From NCBI GenBank assembly GCA_001938485.1, contig MQRK01232013.1, forward strand, positions 1 through 49,374: a DNA stretch of 49,374 bases, given 5' to 3'. The notes below the pieces were generated by a model. That model ran no database searches. It was not told the DNA's origin and saw only the letters and a program-made list of their open reading frames with translations. The stretch is from Girardia tigrina (taxonomy: Eukaryota). Positions 39,258 to 49,374 of the stretch are shown here, one piece after another; positions within the stretch are counted from its first letter, which is position 1; each line of letters starts with the position of its first letter. Made by a program: the position numbers and the translations under genes.

Positions 39258-39413
39258 TCGTGACTGTTGAACAATGTCAGATAGCCAGCATTGAGGTATT
39301 TCTCTTCGACGGTTCCATTCGCAGATATAAAATACGACGATAACACAAAAAGTATCTGACAATATTCCGTCAATTCGCTATAAGGAATGTTTAATTCGAC
39401 TTCTTCATTGAAA
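39258..39413 (-). CDS. PIK3C3: Vps34 exon 4 (C2 core)
   Basis: FNEEVELNIPYSELTEYCQILFVL...LTLFNSH (cf. WNEWLKLPVKYPDLP...VSLF); phase 2/2 fits both neighbours. Confidence 0.88.
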
Positions 39414-39460
39414 CTTTAATCGAAATTAAATCACATTTTAAAAATCGCATAATGACAAAC

Positions 39461-39643
39461 ATTTTCCCGTCGATCGGAATATTATTATTGACATTCCAAT
39501 TATTGACCGAAGGAATTTCATTGAGATAGCTCTGTGATTGCGAAACGATGTAATAAATCTTGGGCTCGGCTATCGCATTTAAATGATTGTAATTATTATT
39601 GATTAATTTATATTTATCGGGATCGAAACCGTGTAAAGACATT
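39461..39643 (-). CDS. PIK3C3: Vps34 exon 3
   Basis: MSLHG (cf. GSLEG)...PIDGK; phase 2/2; 47-nt intron to exon 4. Confidence 0.75.
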
Positions 39644-39729
39644 CTAATTATTTTTTTAAAAAATAGAAATATTCAATTAAAAAATTAATATTATATACAA
39701 ATTGGTATAATTGCCAAATTCAGGAACTA

Positions 39730-42400
39730 TGCAAACAATTTGGGTATACTTCCGTACAGACCCAAGCAAAAAAATAGAACAAAATATAAAAATTATCAAA
39801 ATTCCAGGAAAAATATTTTAAAAATTTATATAAAATGTTATTTAGGTCACAAAATCTCAAGGTAAAATATGAGTGGATTATGTAATCACTGGCTTCACTG
39901 ACTTATTCTAGAAAATATTCGACTTAATTTAGAAAATATTTGTACCACGATTTCAGAATGAAATAAATGTTTAATAATTTGATTCATATTTTTAGGTATG
40001 CTTAATATATTTTATAAATAATTTTTTATATTTAAAATTGAATATTTTTTGGATTTTCTGTTTTTTTAAATTATTTTCAGTTAATTTTTCTATGCAAAAA
40101 TATGATAAAATAAAAGTTTTAAAAAATGACACAAAAAATATACAGTGAAACCTCTCCATAAGGTACACCCCATATAATATACGGAAATAATTTTTTGTAT
40201 TTCACTGCATAAAATGACTTGGAATCTTCTCCACGTTGGGTACATTACCATAAGGTACAGTTTTAATAAGAAAATCAGAAAATTTTTGTTATTATAACCC
40301 TTGTTTTTTATTTTAAAAATCGTTTTAAATCATTTGTTTAAATAATATTTATTTAAAAGCATTTTTTAATTTTAAAAATATCCGGGGGTCACACGGAAGA
40401 TTGGCCTTTTTAACATCCATAAAAATGAGCAATTCCTCGAAAACGATTGAAAGAAAAAAGATAGATTTGACAACAAAGATAAAAATCATATAATTTGTCG
40501 AGAAAAGAAACAGTATAAGGTTTGCTGTAAATGAATTCGCTGTGTCGAAAGGCACAGTTCAAAAAGCATTGGAAAAGAAAGAAATTATAATGGCAGAGCT
40601 AGAGTCGGGAAGGTCGCTAAAAATAGCAAGAATAATTAAACAAAGCGACGTGAGCATTATTTTATGGATATGGTTTGCCAATGCTAGATCATTGGGTTAT
40701 CCAATAAGTGGTCCTATTTTACAAGAAGACTCGCTAAAAATAGCGAAAAAAATGATAGTGAAGACGGGACATTTATGGCATTTGAAGAGTGGCTTCAAAA
40801 GTGGAATTTAGGAATAATATTAAAAGTTAAAAAAATTGCGGGGAATCTGGTGCAGCTGATATTAAAACTGCTATAGAAGGGAAATCAAATTTAATGTTGT
40901 TTTATGAAGATTATGATTTTGCCGACATATTCAATATGGATGAAAGTGAATATATATTTAGATTCTTACCGGATACGACATTGTCTAGATCTAGAGATAT
41001 TTGTAAAGGTGGAAAACATGCTAAAGACAGATTAAAAATTGTTTTAACGTGTTCCGTATTGGGTGAAAAACTCCCTCCAATAATAGGGAAATCAAAATTA
41101 CCTAGATGTCTAAGAAATATTGATTTGTCTAAGCTAAACGTTAAGTATTGGTGAAATTCAAAAGCCAGGATGACTACAACCTTATTTAATTCGTATCTTA
41201 GAGAATTGAACTACAATTTAACCAATGTGTTACAACCACTTGATGCTGGGATCATAAGGAGTTTAAAGGCATATTGCAGAAAGTATCAGATTTTAACTTT
41301 ATTAAAAAAATTCAAGATAAAGTGCATGTATCTGAACTCGTAAAGAAAATGAATATTTTTGATCCGATTTAATTTTGTCTAATGCTTGGAATGATATAAA
41401 GCCTGAAACTAAACAGAAGTGCTTTGAAATTGTGGATTTTCAAAAAATACTGATATCGCTAAATTTGATTTATATGAAATAGAAAATCAAGTGAATGAAC
41501 TTTACGAAATAGCAGAAAATATTGGGATACAGGGTAAAAATTTGATATTCGAAGAAACTATACCAGAATTTGAAATGCCGGCGGTTGAAGATTTACGAGA
41601 CGCTATAATTGAAGAGTTTTATGATGATTATCCTATTGAAGAAGATGATGTGATCGAACCGGAGAATGTGGAAATAAATAATAATATCAATGGAATTCTA
41701 ATATCTAATGACGAGGCAATAAATTGTTTGACGAAATTAATAACTTATGCAAAAGAAAAACATATGTATGAAGTGGAACTAAATTTGTTAAAAATGAAAC
41801 AGGATGTTATTTCTCAACAAACGAAGAATTTGAAACAAAAAATCAATTACATATTTATTATAAAAAAAATAAATGTTGATTGATGCTTTAATTATTCCAT
41901 TTTATTTTAAAATTTTACATCTTTTCTCTAAACATTTTTTAAAAAAAATTATATTACTATCATTTGGTGAAATCTATTTATATTCCAAAAAAATATCAAT
42001 TGATTTTCTTGTAAAATTTAATAATAAGTAAATATAATATTTTTGATCTATAATTTAATTTAACATTGCTTTTTAATTCTAGAAAAAATTGCACCAAAAA
42101 CTTTATGTTACATTCTATATAAGGTACACCAATTCATAAGGTACATTTTTGAAATATTTTCTTGACAAATAAGGTATACCTTATGGAGAGGTTTCGCTGC
42201 ATATAAAATAAGTCGGAGAAGCTAGTTATTACATAACCAATATGGGTATTTTTCATTAAGGTTAGGTTACTTAAAAAAAATTTAAATTAATTTTTAAAAA
42301 AATTTAAATTATTTTTCCTGGAATGCTGATAATTTTTTATATGTTGTCATATTTTTATTTTCGCTTGTACCCGTATATATGTATGCTCTAAAATCGTTTT
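39730..42400. mobile_element. Old long-TIR foldback/MITE containing the pogo element
   Basis: About 39730-39910 is a diverged inverse of about 42205-42400 (ATTCCAGGAAAAATA; TTATGTAAT-ACT-GCTTC--GACTTATT). Confidence 0.55.
40143..42199 (+). mobile_element. pogo/Tigger-like transposon with degraded transposase (about 40425-41883)
   Basis: TIRs CAG(T/C)GAAACCTCTCCATAAGGTA; CENP-B-like GYPISGPILQE, IFNMDES, KGGKHAKDRL, IGKSKLPRC and LQPLDAGII. Confidence 0.93.
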
Positions 42401-42686
42401 GAAAGTCATCAAAATCAATTTGCAATCCAATAAAATTATTTTAAAAAACAGTAAAATTATAAAAATTCAAAATATTTTTAAAATATTGTCATTCTTGCTT
42501 TAAAACGTTGAGGCACCTTCATTCATTGTGCATCCATCAACCATCACCTTTTTTACCACAAGAAATTAATTAAGAATTTGGTAAAATGAAAAATTTAATT
42601 ATCGAAAATCTGTTTGTAATATCAACATTTTTGTGTTATGAATTAAGAACTTGCTGATGATTAAAATTGCATAAACGCGACGAATA

Positions 42687-42872
42687 TTCTCAATTTAATT
42701 TTAAAAATTCACAATTTAATATGAAAAAAACTCAATTTAATATGAAAGTTTTTCATTTAATATAAAATATTTACAGTTTGATTTTAAAAATTCTCAATTT
42801 AATATGAAAAATAATTTATTTAGTATAAGAAATTATAAATTTAATAAAGAATTCTTCATTTCAATTAAAAAT
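42687..42872. repeat. Degenerate ~21-bp minisatellite
   Basis: About 8-9 units like TTCTCAATTTAATATGAAAAA. Confidence 0.6.
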
Positions 42873-43945
42873 TCTAATAAAAAGTAAATATTCATGAATT
42901 CGGCAATTGCACATATAAACTGTAAGAAATAACACGAACATCTTGAAATATGGTTTAATGATGTTGCCTCTAATTACCGATTTCAGAAGGCATGATTTGT
43001 AATAATTGGCGGTCACTTTACTCATTTTTTAAAATTTGGAATTTTAATTCATTCTTTCAAAATTGTGTAATTTAGAGTTAATATTAAAACAAAAAATGTA
43101 AATTGAAGAATCGTTTTTTTTTTATAAATCACTTCAAGATTTAGGAACAATTTAATTAAAACTGTATAATAAGATACAAAAGTTAATATTTCTAAAAAAA
43201 ATTTTAATTTATTTTACTATTTGTTTTAAAGGTTACGTTTAACAAAAAAAACTTGAAAAAATCCATTTTTTACTGTTAACTAGACCCATTTTAGGATATT
43301 TAGAGAAACTTATGTCTTCTAAAAATATATATTCTATTAAATGTTTATTTTTTATACTTGGAATTTAATATTTTTAATATATTTTTTAATATATTTTTAC
43401 CTTATTTACTGTTATAGTTATTCAAGTAACTTCTGCTTTTTAACAAGTTGATAAATATCTTAAAAATAAATCATGTTTTAATAATTCTGAAGTTTTGAAT
43501 TGAATTCTCAATAATAACTTCCGTAACCAAAATTACTCAACTTCTTATTTTTATTCCTCTTCAACTTAACTTTTTTATAATACTAATGTTCAGCAAAATA
43601 TGGTAATTTGAACCCGGACGGAAAAAATTTGCATATATATGTTGGCGTATCTATGTGATTTATAAATTATGTCACGACCCTCTCGAGCATAAACATTTTT
43701 GAAAGCTCTTGAGCCCCCAGTGGCTATTAAGGCTCAGTCACAACCCAGCGTCTGTTTTTATATTCATTTGTATTTATTTATATAATGGGTCGGACGTCTC
43801 TTCTCGCTCGACATCTGCTTGGCAGTGCCGAGTTTGAAGGACCTTCGGGTTCTGAGAAAGACGGGATGGGCTATGGGCCCCCCACCAAGCTGAGCGTCGC
43901 TCGGGGATGATATATCAATTACCCTTATTTTCACTTATGTCTATG

Positions 43946-44722
43946 TGTTGGGTTTTTAAAATTATCTTTAATCTCAATAATCACTTTTTAAAACACAAAT
44001 CTTAAATCTTTATCTTTAATCGTAAATCTCTATTATTTATTCTTAAATCAATAATCTTTAATCAATAATTCTTAATCAATAATATTTAATCTTTGATCTG
44101 ACTCCAATTAATCAGAAGGGACTTCCAACATAAATATATGAATAATGAACACAAATTCTTTGATGAAACTTTATTTCAAATAACAAAATTAACAAGTCAA
44201 AAATAATAATAATAATAATTCAATTCTTGATGACAGAATACAAACACAAACAATATTTCGTACGAGTTATTAGATTACAGTAAAGACTGTGAATCTCCCA
44301 AAACGAACGATATTGTACTCTTTAAATTAAACCCTCTTTTCCAATACGGGGTACTTAAGGTTTAACAATATTTTAAAAGAATAAAATAAAAATGAAATAA
44401 GTTTTGTATTTACTTTACTTGTTGAAGCGACTTCTTCTTGATTAATTCTCTTGCAGATATTTTTGGGCAGACTAAAACTAAATTTGCTGCTGTTTATATA
44501 GCAGTTTTTATCAGCCTAGAAAATTGATGAAATAAAACAAAGACTAAAATATTTATAATTTTTGATGAAGTAAAACAAACATTTATAATTTTTAATTCCA
44601 AATTTTGTTAAACTAAATATTATTTTGTTTGAAATTAATAATTTTACTAAAAGAATTATTTAAAAATTTCCTATATAAAATTTTATCAAAAGTGTTCACA
44701 TGTATTTTTCGAAACCCTAACA
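43946..44722 (-). mobile_element. Solo LTR, copy 1
   Basis: TGTTGGG...CCCTAACA termini, 4-bp TSD TATG, minus-strand TATA near 44495, internal ~13-bp AATCAATAAT repeats. Confidence 0.8.
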
Positions 44723-47458
44723 TATGTTCAATATTTAAAATAGGGAAACTTGTTGCACTGTTAAGTATGAATGCGAACTTGTTTCTCCGTATGCTATGTT
44801 TTAATAACTTATGGCAATGTATTATTCATTCGCGAAACCGTCGTCTGTCTGAAGAAAATTATTAAATTCATTATGTCATGTCTTATCAGGACCTTTGCTA
44901 GGAGTCATTGTCTAAAATCTAAATGTTAACTATTATCATTACCAGACGTAGACAGTCCACAGCAACCTTAATCAATTCCATTTAACTTTTATCGTCTTTA
45001 TAAGCATATCGATCTTATCGATTCCAACCTATTTATTATTTGCCTCAGTCCGCATTATAAAAATTAGCCTTAACTCTATTCAATTTATTAAAAAATCACT
45101 TAAATCGTAAAATTCACTCGTAATTTTGATGCAAAATTCATTTATAAATAATTTCTCATCTTTATCGAAAATTAACACCGCATTGGATTCCCAAAATAAA
45201 TCATTCTGTCAAATAATGAAAATTTATAAAATTCAAATAATAAGTAAAATAACCTCATAAACTTAAATACAATTAATTATATATACTTTGAATAAATTCC
45301 TGCTAATTTACTTAAAATATTCGCCTATCGAGAAAATCGATTATTCCTAATGTCGGTGAAACGATCACGAAAATATTGACAAAATTTGATTGTTTAAACA
45401 ATCGAAGTTTCACCTTCGATTTACGGTACGAAATTGAATCTCATCGAGAGTTATGATTATAAACTAAATTATATCGTAAAAATCGTATTTTTAAATTGCA
45501 AAGAACGTTCACTGTTCGTAACTAAGACAGGTAATTCTCTCTATCTAATTTTCTTTTTGATGAATCTCGTTTTTATATCTAATTCTACTATCTATCGCTT
45601 GACCTATCTATAAACATAATAGTAATCACTTACTCAAATGTCTATAATGGGGAAATTGAACATTCGTTGAATAAAATTAGAAACACTGTTCGATAATATT
45701 TATTAAATTATTAAGAAATGGTTACTATCTCGCAAGTGTGATAATATTAATCGTTATTTTACTGACACGGAGTTCGCTAGATCGTCCATTGCATATGAAC
45801 TGGCGGCTCTAATTCGTCGAGGATCGATACTACACGATCGCTGTCGACAAAGGACTCGATGGTTATCGACCTCACGTCGATGATTATGGGGATTGCGTAC
45901 TTCTCCTCGTTTACTGATGATACAATCGACCGTAACTCAATTTGATAGATTTCCATCGAGGGGCAACGGCGGCGGCGACGACTGTTAGTGGAAAACTTTG
46001 AGACTTAAACTGAAATGTTGCTAAAACTCTGTAAACTAATTAACAAAATATAGATTCGAATACATTTATTTTAATCATTGACAAATAATTAAACTATTGA
46101 TAACACAATTATACTGAGATAAAATATAAAAATTAAATTTACAGTGATGATGTAGGTGCCCGGAGGTCCGTTCTGTGAGTCACTCTTTGGTAAGTTGTGT
46201 ATAGTGCTTCGCTCGTCGGCGCGTCGTTCGGGTCGAAACGCCTGTGAATTTCTCGTCAACAAGTCGGAAAAGTTCTGTTGCGATCCTAATTCGTCGAACT
46301 GCTAGTTCGTCATATTCTTCTTCGGTAAACACAGCGTCGGAATTCTCGTCGGATTTCTTCTCGTCGGGTCGATTTTGAAATATATCGCAATAAGTGGCTT
46401 CGCGGTGTCGTCTCAGAATTTCTCAATAATGTTCGAATGGTTCGTCTTTTAATGTGTGATAATGTTCGATAATGTTCTTTAATGTTCAATAGGTTCTAAC
46501 AAATGACGATATGATCGTTGGTTATATAGGGTTGAAGAGACACCCTTTCATTCTCTCTTAACCAACCAGTCTCTGCCAGCCGACTGTCTGGACTCTTCCG
46601 CGATGTTGATTGGTCAATCCTGGTAAGTGTGTCTTCGTAAAAAGTTTTAAAATTTGAACATTTTTCTTATATTATAGGAATCTTGCCTGTGTCGTGGCAC
46701 ACTCTGAACATTTTTGGAGTTTGCAAGCGACCGAGTCATCGGTGACTCAGAAGAATTGTCAGCCGACTTATAATATTGAATTTTTCGGGTGATTCATGGT
46801 AATTTTTAATTAACTTTTGTCTTTTAATTAATTTCTAGTTCTTTACAGGGTTATAACTTCCTTCAGGGGCGTGCCGTAGGCTTGCTGATTTCGGTCATGG
46901 ATGTGACTCGGCAAGAGCTCCAAGTGAAGGTTCGGTGGGTCTCTTAATTCTTTTAGGAAGGCTCGGTAGGCGATTTTTCTATTTTTTGGGTCCGTTACTT
47001 AATTATCTTATCTTTTTTCAGGGTCTATAACTTCTTTCGTCGGATCTTCGAACTCCAACAAGATATTTTCGGGGATGCATCTCATCTCGCTCTACCTGAG
47101 GTGGGTTGATTATTCGATTTCCGTCAACGGGTAGGTTTTTATTTGATCTTATCTGCTATTCTTTATGTCGCGTTTAGTTTCAATGTGGTATCTTTGCTAT
47201 TGTGTCAATCCACGGGATATCAAAAACGGTCTCGTGAGGATATTCGAGGACAATTTCGAGTTTCAGCTCAATATAGCTTTGTTGGGACTTTTAAATATAT
47301 GTATTGAACGACATCACCTTCTTCTTCTCTTTGTCTTATGAATTATGTTTTGCTAATTATATATAATGTAATGTATGAATTTCCGACTGCAACAATTAAC
47401 ACGAAAATCAAAAGATTAAGAAGTTCTTTAAAATAGTATTTATTAATAATCAAAATAT

Positions 47459-48266
47459 TGTTGGGGTTTTAATTATTAAAAATTATCTTTAATTCAATTA
47501 TTCACTTTTTAAAACACAAATCTTAAATCTCTATCTTTAATCGTAAATCTCTTTTCTTTATTCTTTAATCAATAATATTTAATCAATAATTCTCAATCAA
47601 TAATCTTAAATCAATAATTCTCAATCAATAATCTTTTATCTTTTGATCTGACTCCAATTATTCAGAAAGGTCTTCCAACATAAATATATGAATAATGAAC
47701 ACAAATTCTTTTANNNNNNNNNNNNNNNNNNNNNNNNNNNNNNNNNNNNNNNNNNNNNNNNNNNNNNNNNNNNNNNNNNNNNTACAAATACAATCAATAT
47801 TTCGTGCGAGTTAACAGATTACAGTAAAAACTGTGAATCTCCCAAAACGAACGATGCTTTGATTTAAACTTAAAACTTTTCTATAAACCTTGTTCTCCCA
47901 TCAGGGTACTACAGGTTTTATTCAACTTTGAAAAATATAAAGTAAATATTAATAATAACTCTACTTACGAACAATTCTCTTCAGTTAAAATTTCTTGCAA
48001 ATATTTTTGGGCAAACTAAAACTGAATTTGATGTTGTTTATATAGTAATTTTCCTCAGCCTTGAAAATTGATNNNNNNNNNNNNNNNNNNNNNTATTTAT
48101 AATTTTTGATGAAGTAAAACAAATATTTATAATTTTAATTCCAAGTTTTGTTAGACTAAATATTATTTTATTTGAAGTTACTAATTTTACTAAAAGAATT
48201 ATTTAAAAATTTCCTATATAAATTTTTTTCAAAAGTGTTCACATGTATTTTTTCAGAACCCTAACA
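47459..48266 (-). mobile_element. LTR of the same family, copy 2
   Basis: Diverged direct copy of 43946-44722 with the same termini; flanks ATAT / GATC do not match. Confidence 0.75.
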
Positions 48267-48356
48267 GATCTCCCCTAACGGAAAAATATCGTCCTCGATA
48301 TTCAGACGATAGTCAAAAATATTAAAAAAAATTATAAATATAAATTGTAAATTTAC

Positions 48357-48431
48357 ATGACTTTTTACAGGGCTTTGGCTCCTGTTATTTATGTCTTTAT
48401 TGTGGTTCAATAGAACATAATATAATTTTTC
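48357..48431 (-). CDS. PIK3C3: Putative Vps34 exon 2
   Basis: TAG|EKLYYVLLNHNKDIN...PVK (cf. EKFHYIYSCDLDINV); ends one nt out of phase with exon 3. Confidence 0.55.
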
Positions 48432-48523
48432 CTACATCTCATTTTTTTTTAAAATTTACTTTAATCGTTCTGAAGCAATAAAGAATTATAATTTCGTTCG
48501 TTTAATAATTCTTTTATTTTTAC

Positions 48524-48529
48524 CGACAT
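48524..48529 (-). CDS. PIK3C3: Putative Vps34 first coding exon (Met-Ser)
   Basis: GCA ATG TCG|GTAAAA; 92-nt intron gives MSEKLYYV. Confidence 0.5.
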
Positions 48530-49374
48530 TGCGATTCCAACCCCTTGCCGTGATTGTTTTAATAAAAAAATGAACAGATTTGTATATTTTAACAAATATG
48601 ACTAAATTAATTAAAATATTTTAAAATTTTAATAATTGTTTCTTAAATTGTTATTTTTTTCTTTTATAAACATCTCTTATTTTAATTTAATATTTAATAT
48701 TAAATTTAATATTTAATATATTTATTTAATTTTAATATTGTGTTTCCAACAATCCACAATCGTGGGAAAAATAAATAACAACCGTGAGAATATAAAAACT
48801 TCTCTCTTCACCATAGTAGTAACAAAACCATATTTTGAATGGCGACGTCAAAGTCGCGGCCTACTTGAATATTTAATGGGAAATTCCCATTCATTGTTAA
48901 AATAAATTTTAATAGAATTCTAATTTGAATTCTAATTCTAATTCACAAAAGGGATTGGATGAGGCTATTTTAAAGTAGCAATCTCAAAATATAATTATAT
49001 AAACAGTAAGAAAAAATTTATTATTTTTAATTGATCAATAATTTTATATTTCAACTTGAATAAAAATAATTAAGGATATTTTGTCGTTTTATTATTTTTA
49101 ATTTCTATTTTAGAATCATTTGACACAATTTCAATGAACATATTTTCCAAATCACTAATCGTCGTTGTACAACAGGTGATACTAGAATGGATAAAATCAT
49201 TAATTCAAAATTTTTCGACACGGAACGCAATACCAAAACAAGGATGAAGGGTACAAATGATTGAAAAATGATTTTATAACAAAATAAGTTTTTTTTCATA
49301 TATATATTTTTTGTGTATTAATGATAATAATAATAATGAATGATAATAATAATACATTTATATATATATATATA

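Noticed and set aside
42655-42685. CTGATGA...AAACGCGAC as another hammerhead
   Set aside because: GAAA core and stems I and II are absent.
42687-42872. Regular repeats as a CRISPR-like array
   Set aside because: Contiguous degenerate minisatellite without unique spacers, in a eukaryotic intron.
49105-49299. 64-aa ORF as a Vps34 first exon or separate gene
   Set aside because: No recognisable motif and no fitting splice phase.

Overview
AT-rich eukaryotic (probably invertebrate animal) scaffold with N gaps. One divergent, minus-strand, multi-exon Vps34/PIK3C3 (class III PI3-kinase) gene spans almost the whole window. I traced 18 coding exons by hand (about 805 codons, putative ATG at 48529 down to 5896); the last exon(s) should lie left of the window. 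Exons sit in clusters split by mostly 45-56 nt mini-introns, separated by 3-9 kb introns full of nested transposons: Tc1 (IR/DR type), mariners, pogo/Tigger, an IS630-like element, hAT elements with 8-bp TSDs, Sola-like and hATm-like remnants, Helitron/Helentron (HINE-like) elements, RTE-like LINE and Gypsy remnants, and solo LTRs. The most unusual item is a palindromic Penelope-pLTR-like element (arms about 2937-3143 and 4808-5014). Each arm carries a minimal hammerhead ribozyme facing outward. It is inserted in the (TA)n tract of a HINE-like element and is split by a nearly intact Tc1. No prokaryotic features, CRISPR, rRNA or tRNA were seen. All assignments come from manual reading and remembered motifs, not database searches.
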